Assembly (NCBI GenBank): GCA_963817895.1
Contig: CAWFQB010000004.1
Span: 832,001 to 896,000, forward strand
From: an uncultured Chthonomonadaceae bacterium
GTDB lineage: Bacteria; Armatimonadota; Chthonomonadetes; Chthonomonadales; Chthonomonadaceae
Reading direction: 5' to 3'
DNA length: 64,000 bases
In this document: piece by piece, positions 29,991 to 41,146 of the stretch
How positions within the stretch are numbered: position 1 is the stretch's first letter
How the letters are laid out: each line of letters opens with the position of its first letter
Position numbers and translations under genes: made by a program
The notes under the pieces: model-generated
Told to the model about the DNA's origin: nothing
Seen by the model: only the letters and a program-made list of their open reading frames with translations
Database searches by the model: none

Positions 29991-30155
29991 CGCGCGCCTG
30001 CAAATTTGGACTGCGTAAACACTCCACGCGAGACAAACACAAACGTTTTCTCGCGTGGTTTGTCGTTTGGCGCAGGGTTTGCGTATGTTCGTGAAGCCAT
30101 TTGCCGCTGCATCACGTACCACACATCAATACCAACTACTGAGGAGTCCTGCCGC

Positions 30156-33100
30156 TTGTCTATCCGTGATCGCAGCCGAAATACCGAGTCGAAAACTGAG
30201 GGCGTTTTATGCCTGCTTGTGCTGGTGTTTCTGCTTCCCCTGTTGCTGTTGACTTACCTTGCCAAAACCTCCGCGCCGATTCCTGCCAACGCCATTTATA
30301 TCAATGACAGCGATGTGACCGCAGAAACGTTGACGAGCGCGTTCGGCGTGGATAAAACCGTTGTGAACCGCTTGATTGAGGAACGAACCCGCCGCAAAGG
30401 TTTTGAAAGCGTCGGGCAAATTCTCGCGCTTCATTTACAGCCCCCAACAACCACAAGCCCCCAACCGCCAATTGCCAATCATCAGTTATCCTCCCCATTA
30501 CTGGAAGGAGAAAACGCGCGTGTTGTGGAAAGCCGGGTTCTGGTACGACACGCTTCGCAGGTATTTCGTTCATTCGGGCTTGTGGGAATTGTGTTGGCGC
30601 TGATGGTTTTCTTTTTGCCGATAGCGTTGCGACAGAAGTGGCGTGTTGGCGGCGATCCGTTTTTGCTGCCTTTAACGTTTTTGCTGTGCGGATTCGGCAT
30701 TGTGATGCTGTTCAGTTTGAAAGACCCACTGCGGGATGCAATGGCATATCGGCATCACGCGCAGGGTATTGTTATAGCGCTGGTGGCCCTCGCGTTCGCT
30801 TCCCGCCTGACGCCGCTTGCCCGCCAGAAAATCCGGCGCGTACAGTACGTGTGGGTGCTGGCGTCGCTGGCATTGGTCGGGATGCTGTTTGTGTTCGGCA
30901 GGGGGCCGGAGGGCGTAAAGCTGAACTTATTCGGCTTTTTCCAGCCCGTAGAGGCCATCAAGCTGATGCTCGTCTTCTTCGCCGCCGGGTATTTGTCGGA
31001 GCGGGCGGGACTGATTGCGGATGCGTCGAGCGCGTTCACGCCCTCATTCCTTAATAGTCTGCGCAAATCGGACGGCAAACCCCTGCTCGCGTTTTCGCTT
31101 CCCCGCCGACAAGATTTAGGCCCTGTTGTAGTGATGTTCGTGGTAGCCCTTGTGATGTTTCTGGTCATCAAAGACATGGGGCCGGGACTGTTACTGTTCG
31201 CTACTTTCATCGCGGTGTTGTACCTGACAACCGGAAAAAGCAGTTTTGTCGTTATCGGGGCTGTTTTGATGCTGTTGGGCGGGTATCTCGGTTATATGCG
31301 GCATGTGGGCGTGTTCGGCACACGGGTAGACATGTGGCTGAATCCGTTTGCCAACGCGCACCCGAACGGGATGCAGCTTGGGCAGGCGTACTGGGCATTG
31401 GCTTCAGGCGGATGGGAAGGCAGCGGTTTGGGGTTGGGGATGCCGAACCTGCTTCCACGCGGTCAGGACGATCTGGCGTTCATCAGTTGGTCGGAAGAGA
31501 CAGGATTGTTGGGCGCGTGGCTGGTACTGATTGTGTTTGTCGGATTGGTGTGGCGCGGCCTGCGTATCGCCCTTCGCGCCGGTTCGGACATGGATCGCGC
31601 CCTCGCGTTCGGCCTGACCGCCCTGCTGGGACTGCAAACTCTGCTGATTCTGGCGGGCGTGACCGGATTGTTTCCCCTGACAGGAATCGCCCTGCCGTTC
31701 CTCTCTTACGGGAACAGCGCGTTGGTGGCGGACGCTATTTTAATAGGAATGTTACGCGCCATTTCCGCCCCGACGACGGGCAGGGAAGCGCGGCCTGAAC
31801 CGGGCCGAGATGTAACACGCGCCGCGCAGACGTTCGGGTTTGCGTTGACGGCGGCATTGCTTGGGATTGTCGGCGTGTGGCGATTGGGGCAGATGCAATT
31901 ATGGCGTTCTAATGAGATTGCGCTGCAAACCATTTCCACGCCGGATAAAGACCGCGTGGTTCGCCCGCACCAGAACCCGCGCCTGCTTGCGCTTGCCAAC
32001 GCCATTCCGCGCGGCAGCATCTATGACCGGGCGAATCGCATACTGGCAACATCGCGCCCGGAAGAGATCAAACAGATTGCGCCGGAACGGGCGGTTCGTC
32101 TTGCGGACAGCCAGACGCGCCTGTACCCTTACGGCGCAGCATTGGCGCATCTTGTCGGGTACGTGGACGCCAATGTCGGCGGGCCATTCGGCATGATGGA
32201 ACGCGGCTACAACAATGATTTGCGCGGGTATGTAAAATTTTCTGATCTGCTGCCGGATTATCGGAACCGCAACCTGCCGGGGTATCAGCCGCGCAACGGA
32301 CACGACCTGCATCTTACCATAGACGCCAATTTGCAGCGGGACGCGCAGCAGATTCTAGCGAAAGCGGCGGGCAAGCAAATTGATAAAACTACGCATAAAC
32401 CGAAAGACCGGGCGGCGTTTGTGCTGATGTCACCGGAAACGGGAGATGTGCTTGTCGCGGCCACCTACCCGACCTTTGACCCGAACGCGCTCACGCCCGA
32501 ACTGTACCACAGCCTGATTCTTGGCCCGGACGCCGAGCAGGAACATCCGCTTATCAACCGGGCGATGAACGGCTGGTATCCGCCCGGTTCCACGATGAAA
32601 GTGGCGACTGCCGCGTTTGCCATTGACACGCTGCCGAACGCATTAGAATATCGCGTTGCCTGTAACCGCGTATCGGACGTGATACGCTGGCAGGCGGGCG
32701 GCAAAACATACGCGGTGCATGGCATCCACGATGATAAGGGCGACCCTGCGTTTTGGAACCATTGCGATGCCGAGGGGGTTTACGCAGTCCTCCAACATCT
32801 ATTTCGCCACGCTGGCGTCAACGCTGAACTCTCAGGCATTTCACGGCACGCTGACGAACCGCATGGGTTTTCGCCACATCCCCAAACAGGCCGCGTTTGA
32901 CGCCGACCTGCCGTATATCGGGTTCGGGCAGGGGCGGATGCAGGCGTCGCCGCTGGAAATGGCGCGGCTGGCTTCCGCCGTCGCCAACAACGGCGAAATG
33001 ATGGAGGCGCGAACCGTTTCCAGTCTGATTGATCCGGGCAAGGATGAGCGGGACAAAACGCGCAAAAAAGTGTTCGAGCCGAAACCGCTTGCGCAGTGCA

Positions 33101-33396
33101 TGAAGCGCGATACGGCGGAAACCCTGCGCGACCTGATGCACAGCGTCACTATCAGCGGCACGGCGGCAGGCGTGTTCAGCGATATACGCGTTCCGGTTGG
33201 CGGCAAGACAGGCACGGCGCAGAACGAGCAGTTCGACAAGGAGCCGCACTCGTGGTTCATCGGCTTTGCGCCCCTTGCGACGAAAACATTTCCGGTTGTG
33301 CCGAAGTACGCCTTTGCCTGCGTGGTGGAAAACGGCGGCTATGGGAAGCGCGTGGCGGGCCGCATTTGCGCTGATGTGCTGAAGAAGCTGTTTTAG
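30156..33396 (+). CDS. HhH-like module + SEDS (FtsW/RodA) + class B PBP transpeptidase fusion (apparent frameshift at the T-run near 32752)
   Basis: SEDS motifs FQPVEAIK, KDMG, SEETG, PLTGIALPFLSYGNS. PBP motifs PRGSIYDR, PGSTMK (SxxK), SSNIYF (SxN), GKTGTAQ, HSWFIGF. GAGGAG RBS before TTG 30156. Confidence 0.88.
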
Positions 33397-33465
33397 GGGA
33401 GAGTTTAGCCGCATATGAACGCGAATACACGCGAATGGAAATACAAATATCAAGGCGTTCGTAAA

Positions 33466-34239
33466 ATGGGCGTTCTGCTGTTGCTTATTGTTTTCTCTAA
33501 TGGCAAGCCTTATGCTAACGCGCAGCAAGGCAAGCCAACAGTAACACAGCCCTCGGTTGACTCGTGGACTGTTCCGGCGCAGTACCGGGGCAAGGCGATT
33601 AGCAGCGGCAGGCATGGTATTGCGATAAAGGCGGTTGCGCTGACGTTTGACGATGGGCCATCCGCAAATATCACGCCGCAAGTTCTGGCATTGCTGAAAC
33701 AGCATCATGCCCACGCGACGTTTTTTGTGATGGGGCAGAACGTGAAGCAGTATCCGCAACTGGTACGGCAGGCGGTTGTGGAAGGGCATGTAGTGGGTTG
33801 TCACACTTACACACACGCGATACGGCCTTCCCAATCAGTGGCGGAAAAAGAGATGCGGCAGACGCGGCAGTTAGTACGGCAGGTGATCGGGCGCGACCCG
33901 GTTTTGTTTCGCCCGCCGTATGGAGATGTGAAAAGCAACTATACCAGAATCGCGCGACAGGAAAAGGATGCCATTATCTTGTGGAGCGTGTCGGGCGCGG
34001 ATACCGCCACCCGCGATTACAAGGTTGTGCGCGACAATGTAACGGAAGGCATCAATTCCGGCGACATTGTACTGATGCACGACAGCAGCGGCAAAGCGCA
34101 CACTGCCAGAGCCTTACCCGAAATCCTCACCCGCCTCGAACAGCGCGGCTTCTCTTTCGTCACCATTCCTCAAATGCTTCAACTATCCGCACAAATTATT
34201 CGTTCTCAGAATTTCAGTGTGAAAAAGCAGGGTAGATAA
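33466..34239 (+). CDS. secreted polysaccharide (peptidoglycan) deacetylase, NodB family
   Basis: ALTFDDGP, HTYTH, FRPPYG, DIVLMHD. Confidence 0.9.
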   Translation: MGVLLLLIVFSNGKPYANAQQGKPTVTQPSVDSWTVPAQYRGKAISSGRHGIAIKAVALTFDDGPSANITPQVLALLKQHHAHATFFVMGQNVKQYPQLVRQAVVEGHVVGCHTYTHAIRPSQSVAEKEMRQTRQLVRQVIGRDPVLFRPPYGDVKSNYTRIARQEKDAIILWSVSGADTATRDYKVVRDNVTEGINSGDIVLMHDSSGKAHTARALPEILTRLEQRGFSFVTIPQMLQLSAQIIRSQNFSVKKQGR

Positions 34240-34738
34240 CCCTTGTCAAAGACCTTTGATACGGAAAAACGTTACGACGAAAAGCAAGAAGAATATTGCC
34301 AAAGCTGAAGTATATAGGTAAGCCACAAATCCGACTCCGAAATACTGAACGGTTAGTTTTGTCTTTGAAGTTTCAGGCAATTTGTCCAGTAGCTTATCTA
34401 AAACAAAAATCAAACATCAAACAATAAGAATGTTCTGTATGAGAATCCAAGCATTTGATGTAGAGCAATTTCGAAGCGTTACGTTTATCAAAGCCCAATA
34501 ATATCCCAACGCCAGAACGAAGCTGTACATCTGGATCAGACTTTGTCCAATATTCATAAAACCACGATGCCTAGATGTATAGGGCATTTCCTGCTCTCCT
34601 GTGTGCCTGTGGGTATGCAAGCACTTACGATAACAGTGCTTTGATGGTTTCGCAGGACAAAGCCGTAGATGTGGCGAATCTACCTTCAATCGGTTTCAAA
34701 CATCAAAACCGCACAATGAAATAGACTGAGGCAAAACC

Positions 34739-36220
34739 ATGATCGAACAGGGTGGATACATCAAGGATATATTGAGCAGCGCGGCGGGGCAGACTGTCAC
34801 GGCACATGGTTGGGTGAAGACGCGGCGTGATCAGAAAGGCGTGTTTTTTGCCCAACTCAACGACGGCTCGTGCTTTGCGGACTTGCAGGTTGTCATTGAA
34901 GCGGGCGCGATTGGCGAGGACACGCTCAAAGATATCACGACGGGCGCGTGTCTGCGCGTGACCGGTGAACTGGTGGATAGTCCGGCGGCGGGGCAGAGCG
35001 TGGAGTTGAAGGCTAAAGAAGTCGAAATATACGGTGTTGCCGATCCGGGCGCGTATCCCCTGCAAAAGAAGGGGCATACGATGGAGTTTCTGCGCGACAT
35101 TGCGCACCTGCGTACCCGTTCCAACACATTCGGCGCGGTTTTCCGGGTTCGCAACGCGCTGGCGTGGGCTATCCACAGCTTTTTTCAGGAGCGTGGCTTT
35201 CTGTACGTGCATACGCCTATTATTACGGCGAGTGACGCGGAGGGCGCGGGCGCGATGTTTGGCGTCACCACGCTCGACCTGATGAACGTGCCGCGCATCA
35301 AGGCGGAAGCGAAAGCAGTGGGCGGGGAAGGCAGCACGGATGGTTCCGTTGCCAGTGGGGAAACCAAGCCGGACGCGAAACAGACGGCGCGCGTCAACTA
35401 CGAGTCGGACTTTTTCGGCAAACCGGCGTTTCTGACCGTGAGCGGGCAACTGGAAGCCGAGATTTTCGCGCTCAGTTTTTCCAATGTGTACACGTTCGGG
35501 CCGACGTTCCGGGCAGAAAACTCCAACACGCCGCGCCATCTGGCCGAGTTCTGGATGATCGAGCCGGAAATGGCGTTTTGCGATTTGCAGGGGAACATGC
35601 GGCTTGCCGAAAGTTTCCTGAAAAGCGTCATCAGCAAGGTGATGGATACCTGTCAGGCCGATCTGGAGTTTTTCAACAAGCGCATTGATAACACGGTTCT
35701 GGAAACGCTGGAACACGTCGTCACCAGCGATTTCGAGCATGTGACGTACACGGAAGCGATTCGTATTCTGGAACAGGCGCGGGATGGCGGGGCGGCGTTC
35801 GAGTTTCCGATTGGGTGGGGCGTGGATTTGCAAAGCGAACATGAGCGGTACCTGACCGAGCAGACGTTCAAGAAGCCCGTGATTGTGACGGACTACCCCA
35901 AAGAAATCAAAGCGTTTTACATGCGGGCCAACGACGATGATAAAACCGTTCGGGCAATGGACGTGCTGGCCCCGCGCATCGGCGAAATCATCGGCGGCAG
36001 TCAGCGCGAGGAACGCCATGACGTGCTGCTGGAAAAAATCCGTAAGCAGGAGTTGAACGAGGCCGCATACTGGTGGTATCTGGAACTGCGCAAATACGGC
36101 AGCGCGCCCCACGCCGGTTTCGGGTTGGGCTTTGAGCGCCTGATGCTGTACCTGACCGGCATGAAAAACATCCGCGACGTGATTCCCTTCCCGCGCACTC
36201 CCGGCAGCGCGGACTTCTAA
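34739..36220 (+). CDS. asnS: asparagine--tRNA ligase
   Basis: [67 protein letters not shown]. Confidence 0.97.
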   Translation: MIEQGGYIKDILSSAAGQTVTAHGWVKTRRDQKGVFFAQLNDGSCFADLQVVIEAGAIGEDTLKDITTGACLRVTGELVDSPAAGQSVELKAKEVEIYGVADPGAYPLQKKGHTMEFLRDIAHLRTRSNTFGAVFRVRNALAWAIHSFFQERGFLYVHTPIITASDAEGAGAMFGVTTLDLMNVPRIKAEAKAVGGEGSTDGSVASGETKPDAKQTARVNYESDFFGKPAFLTVSGQLEAEIFALSFSNVYTFGPTFRAENSNTPRHLAEFWMIEPEMAFCDLQGNMRLAESFLKSVISKVMDTCQADLEFFNKRIDNTVLETLEHVVTSDFEHVTYTEAIRILEQARDGGAAFEFPIGWGVDLQSEHERYLTEQTFKKPVIVTDYPKEIKAFYMRANDDDKTVRAMDVLAPRIGEIIGGSQREERHDVLLEKIRKQELNEAAYWWYLELRKYGSAPHAGFGLGFERLMLYLTGMKNIRDVIPFPRTPGSADF

Positions 36221-36287
36221 AGTGTAGACGTTAAATTAACATGCGGGAATGTCCAACCCACGTCGTTGGCTGGCAGGAGTAATCAAG

Positions 36288-36584
36288 ATGAGCGCAACTC
36301 AGGTAGAAACAACCATAAATTTAACCGAGGAGGAAGCGGAAAAGCTGCACTGCTTTCAGAACACCGTAGATGTCAAGACGCAGCGGCGTTTTCGCGCATT
36401 GAGGCGGCATCTGGAGCAGGAACAGTTGACCCATGAGGAGCATCAGGAGTTGATGGAACTGACAAATACTTTGGAGGGCATCAATGTTGCGCGTCTGGAG
36501 TTTTTGGCGGAAGTCGGCAGCCGACGCGGACTTCCGCTTGCAGATGTAATGCGCCTACTGAGCATACATTCGTTGCTGTCATGA
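36288..36584 (+). CDS. small helical protein translationally coupled to the HNH gene
   Basis: QRRFRAL...LTHEEHQELMELT..LE..NVARLEFLAE; ATGA overlap with the HNH gene. Confidence 0.65.
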   Translation: MSATQVETTINLTEEEAEKLHCFQNTVDVKTQRRFRALRRHLEQEQLTHEEHQELMELTNTLEGINVARLEFLAEVGSRRGLPLADVMRLLSIHSLLS

Positions 36585-37018
36585 GCGTAACGTATATTCC
36601 GGCGCGTCTGAGACGCCTTGTTGTCGCAAAAGCGCGAAATCGTTGCGAGTATTGTCTCAGCCCGGATGCGTATTCGACATTTCCCTTCCATGTTGACCAT
36701 ATCATTCCTGAAAACAGGGGTGGCAGCACAACAGAAGATAATCTTGCCTACTCCTGCGGCTGCAATAGTTTCAAAGGCCAGTTTACCGAGGGGCTGGATG
36801 CACAAACGGGCAGTGTAGCCCCTTTGTTTCACCCACGCCTTGACCATTGGCAGGATCACTTCGCATGGAGCGAAGATAATCTGGAGGTTGTCGGCCTGAC
36901 AGCGAAAGGGCGAGTTACAATTACGATGCTGCAAATGAACAGGCTTGGTCTTATTGGATTACGGCGTCTGCTTATAGTACAAGGAGAACACCCGCCGCAA
37001 GAGGAACAAAGACTTTGA
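36581..37018 (+). CDS. HNH endonuclease
   Basis: RCEYC, FHVDHIIP, NLAYSC.CNSFKG, LFHPR..W.DHF.W, GRVTI. Confidence 0.88.
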   Translation: MSVTYIPARLRRLVVAKARNRCEYCLSPDAYSTFPFHVDHIIPENRGGSTTEDNLAYSCGCNSFKGQFTEGLDAQTGSVAPLFHPRLDHWQDHFAWSEDNLEVVGLTAKGRVTITMLQMNRLGLIGLRRLLIVQGEHPPQEEQRL

Positions 37019-37152
37019 TACCTATATAATCACGCCTGATGAGCATGAAGAACATTCATGACGTGATCTCGGTTTCATGGACACATTGTAATGCCGACTT
37101 TCAAGCACGTTTAGGATTGAATGAAATTCAATCCTTGAGGGTTAGGTTCAAA

Positions 37153-38127
37153 ATGCTAGAAGAATTGTTCCGAGCAGTTAAAGAGGACGCACCAGCCATT
37201 ATACGAAATCTGGTGGCGTCTGGACAAGTAGATATCAACGCAACTGACAAAGAAGGACGCGCTGCGCTTCTCTTTGCTGTCGGAGATCGCATTCGTACCC
37301 ACGAACGAGTATTGATCGCTCTGCTTGAATGTGGGGCAAATATCAATGCGGTAGATACCAAAGGGCGCACCGCGTTGATCATTGCTGCACAGCAAGGCCA
37401 TACCCAAGTAGTAAAGTGGTTATGGAATAGAGGCGGGACCGCCGAACCAACTCTGCTTAATGCCGCTTTGTTATCGGGGCCGCGTGAAGTACAGGCCTTG
37501 CTTGATGCAGGCAACGACGTAAACGCGAAGGATATTGACGGCAATACAGCATTGGTATGGGCTGCAAGGCGAGGCCGTGTTGAAACGGTACTAAAGTTGA
37601 TTATGGCAGGCGCAGACGTGAATGCCGCTGACAATGAGGGTTACACCGTTTTGATGCGAGCCGTAGAAAAAGGTCATGTTGATGTTATACGAATGTTGCT
37701 CGAAGCGGGTGCTAATCCCAATGCAACGCAAATTTCGTATGTTGTTGAGCATACGCCACTTAGCGGTGCTTGCAACGCTGAGATTATCAAACTCTTGATA
37801 GAGAAAGGAGCAAGCGTTAAAAATCCTAGCGCTGTGTCTAAATTGTCTGTAGCTGTGCAGATGAACCTAATTGATGAGGCCAAAGTTCTTCTTGATGCTG
37901 GCGTTGACTTGAACAACCAAGATCAATATCGAGAGGGATTTACTCCATTGATGGATGCAGTTTATCAAGGTGACGATGCGATGGTACGCTTGCTGTTGAG
38001 GTACAATCCCGATGTTGAAATACGAAACGCTAGCGCGGAAACAGTGTATGATTTAGCGTCAAGGACATGGAACCAAGCAATTAGAGAATTGTTCTTTGAA
38101 AAACAAAATCATGGGAGCGATCTTTGA
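37153..38127 (+). CDS. ankyrin repeat protein
   Basis: Multiple GxTALxxAAxxG...GADVNA repeats. Confidence 0.9.
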   Translation: MLEELFRAVKEDAPAIIRNLVASGQVDINATDKEGRAALLFAVGDRIRTHERVLIALLECGANINAVDTKGRTALIIAAQQGHTQVVKWLWNRGGTAEPTLLNAALLSGPREVQALLDAGNDVNAKDIDGNTALVWAARRGRVETVLKLIMAGADVNAADNEGYTVLMRAVEKGHVDVIRMLLEAGANPNATQISYVVEHTPLSGACNAEIIKLLIEKGASVKNPSAVSKLSVAVQMNLIDEAKVLLDAGVDLNNQDQYREGFTPLMDAVYQGDDAMVRLLLRYNPDVEIRNASAETVYDLASRTWNQAIRELFFEKQNHGSDL

Positions 38128-39002
38128 TGACTAACTTGATGACGCAGACGCTTGATGATACGCACCCGAAAATCAAGAAGATGCTGATAGAGCGTCAGCA
38201 TAAAATGTCCGATGCCGAAAAATGGCAGCGCGTTACTGAATTGACACAGATGGTGGAGTTGATGGCGCGGGCGGATATTCGGGAGAAATACCCGGAGGCG
38301 ACAGAACGCGAGTGCCAATTGCGAGTTGCAGCCCGTCGTTTACCAGCAGATATAATGCGTAAAGCGTTTGGCTGTGACCATGCGAAAGGAAATTTGCTGA
38401 TGTTGCCGGAACCGATTGTAGCAACGAGTCTGGTGATTCGTGTGTTGGAACAGCAAGGGCTTGTATACTGGATTGGCGGATCAATGGCAAGTTCCAAGTA
38501 CGGCGACCAGCGTTCTACACAGGATGTGGATATTGTTGTCAAGATGCAAGCTGAAGATGTGCCAACGTTAGCAGAAGCTTGGCAGCAGCATTTTTATGTG
38601 GACGAGGAGTTGATGTACGATGCGATTAGACTTCAGAGTTCGTTCAACATTATTCATCTGGAAACGACATTCAAAGCAGATATATTTGTCGCTCGTTCAG
38701 ACGCATGGACCGAGGAAGAGGCTTCGCGACGCAGGTTGGTAGAGTTGATTTCTGGTCACGAGTCCACACTGTTTTATATTGCAAGCCCGGAAGACATGAT
38801 TTTACAAAAGCTGAATTGGTTTCGCATGACAAATGGTGTATCGGAGCGGCAGTGGCGTGACGTGCAGAAGATGCTTGAAATTCAATCGCAAAATCTTGAG
38901 TACGATTATCTACACTATTGGGCGGCGGAGTTGAATTTAACGCGATTGCTGGAGCAGGCTTTGAGCGCGGCAAACGCAGCCACATCAGAGTCGCTGTTTT
39001 GA
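38124..39002 (+). CDS. small helical protein plus nucleotidyltransferase (probably two genes, second from ATG 38400)
   Basis: IGGSMASS...RSTQDVDIVV NTase motif, SPEDMILQKL, RQWRDV. AAAGGA and TGATG at 38398-38402. Confidence 0.7.
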   Translation: MMTNLMTQTLDDTHPKIKKMLIERQHKMSDAEKWQRVTELTQMVELMARADIREKYPEATERECQLRVAARRLPADIMRKAFGCDHAKGNLLMLPEPIVATSLVIRVLEQQGLVYWIGGSMASSKYGDQRSTQDVDIVVKMQAEDVPTLAEAWQQHFYVDEELMYDAIRLQSSFNIIHLETTFKADIFVARSDAWTEEEASRRRLVELISGHESTLFYIASPEDMILQKLNWFRMTNGVSERQWRDVQKMLEIQSQNLEYDYLHYWAAELNLTRLLEQALSAANAATSESLF

Positions 39003-39015
39003 GTGAGGCGCATAG

Positions 39016-41146
39016 ATGAAAGCAATTTGTGGTTACATCGTTGTTTGTACTTTGTTTCTCGTGGCAACTATACAATCCTCATTGGCACGTCCTTTGATTG
39101 CTGTGTTTTATGTGGCAATGAATGGGCGAGATACGTGGTCGGGGAAACTGTCTGCGCCCAATAAAGCGGGTACGGACGGACCGTTCGCCACTTTGACGCG
39201 GGCGCAGCAGGAGGCGCGTAGCGCGAGGAGTGGAACGGAAAACTTCGGCTGCGCGCGTGTTTTTGTCCGGGGTGGCGCGTACTCGCAAACGCAGAGTTTC
39301 ACCTTGACGCAACAGGATAGCAGCCTGAGCAGTTCGCTTCCCACATTGTACGCCGCATATAAGGATGAGACGGTACGAATTATCGGCGGGCGGGATGTGA
39401 TGGGCTGGAAGCTGGTGACGGATGAGGCCGTGTTGAGCCGCATGGAACCGGAATGTCGCGGCAAGGTAATGCAGGCGGACTTGAAGACGCAGGGGATTAC
39501 CGACTACGGCGAGATTGCGCCCAATGGACAAACATTCGCGCCCGCGCTGCACGGCTTGGAAGTGTTCTTTCAATCCAAACCGATGCAGATTGCCCGCTGG
39601 CCGAACAAAGGCTGGTCGTTTATTGCCGACACGCCCAAAGGACAAAACGGCGGCATGTTCACGTATGACGCGGCGAAGACGAATGACCGTCCGGCAAGGT
39701 GGAAAAACGCGGAAGATGTGTGGCTACACGGCTACTGGTCGTTCGATTGGGCGGATTCGTACACCAAAATCAAGTCGGTTGATACTGCCGCTCACGCCAT
39801 TTATACGCAGGAACCGCACGGCGCATACGGATACACCAAAGGCAAGCGGTTTTACGCGCTGAACGTTCTGGAGGAGTTAGACTCGCCGGGCGAATGGTAT
39901 TTGGATCGCAAAGCGGGAATACTCTACTTCTGGCCGACCGCGCCGATTACGGATGCAGAGCGTGTTACGGTATCGCTGTTGGACGCGCCCTTGCTGCGAC
40001 TGGATGGGGCTTCCAACATCACCGTGCAGGGCTTTACGCTGGAAGACACGCGGGGAACGGCGGTTGAGATTACGGGCGGGGAACATAACCGGATTGCCGC
40101 CTGTACCATTCGCAATACCGGGTTGGTGGGCATCAGCATTGACGGAGGCAAAGACAACGGCGTGGATAGCAGCACCCTGTACGATACGGGGCAGGGCGGT
40201 ATCAAATTGAATGGCGGCGACCGCAAAACGCTTGTGGCGGCGGGCAATTTCGCGCATAACAACGAGATACGCGATTACAGCCGTTGGGTGCGCTGTTACC
40301 GACCTGCGGTAGAAGTGAACGGCGTCGGCAACCGCGTTTCTCACAATCTCATTTACAACGGCCCGCACAACGCCATTCAGTTGAGCGGGAATGAGCATGT
40401 TATCGAGTACAACGACGCGCATAACGTGTGCCGCGAAACGGGCGACGTAGGCGCGTTCTATATGGGGCGTGACTGGACGATGCGCGGCAATGTGATTCGC
40501 TACAACTTCTTCCACAATCTGGGAGGATCGAAATCCGAGTTCGGCGGCGAAGGGTTTTTCGACGCGATGGGCGTGTATCTGGACGACGCGGCCAGTGGCA
40601 CAACCGTTTTGGGGAACGTCTTTTACAAAGCGGGGCGAGGTGTTCTGCTCGGCGGCGGGCGCGACAACGCCATAGACAACAACCTTTTCATTGAGTGTTC
40701 GCCGTCCGTGCATGTGGATGCGCGGGGAATCGAGCTGGGCCAAAAAGTACATCGAACCGGGCGGCGAGTGGCAGATGCAGCAGAAGCTCGCGGCAGTGGA
40801 TTACCAGAAGCCACCGTACAATGCCCGTTATCCGAAACTGGCGACGATAATGGAAGACAATCCCTATCTTCCCATAGGGACAACCGTAACGCGCAACATA
40901 AGTATGGGAGGAAAATGGCTGGAATTGCAGGACGGGCTGAACGACAAAACCGTGAAGATGGCAGACAATGTGGTTGAGGCTAAGTTTATTCCTGATGCGT
41001 TAGGCAATGATCGGTCTCAACTGGAAAGTATTTTATCCCGGCAGTATGCAAGCCATCATATACCCCTGGCGCAGATGGGATTGATGGTAAACGCCTATCG
41101 CAAGCGCCTGTCTTCTCCGACGACAGGCAAGTTGGAAGGTCGTTGA
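39016..41146 (+). CDS. secreted right-handed parallel beta-helix protein (apparent frameshift near 40733)
   Basis: Signal peptide, DGPFATL, ARWPN, ELDSPGEWY, DVGAFY, GVYLDD; C-terminus in ORF 40691-41146. Confidence 0.82.

Noticed and set aside
35285..35395. About 25-aa insertion in AsnS as another repeat insertion
   Set aside because: No 7-9-mer periodicity or palindrome, and this loop is length-variable in AsnRS.
38124..39002. Novel antitoxin-nucleotidyltransferase fusion
   Set aside because: An RBS and TGATG overlap at 38398-38402 suggest two coupled genes merged by one indel.
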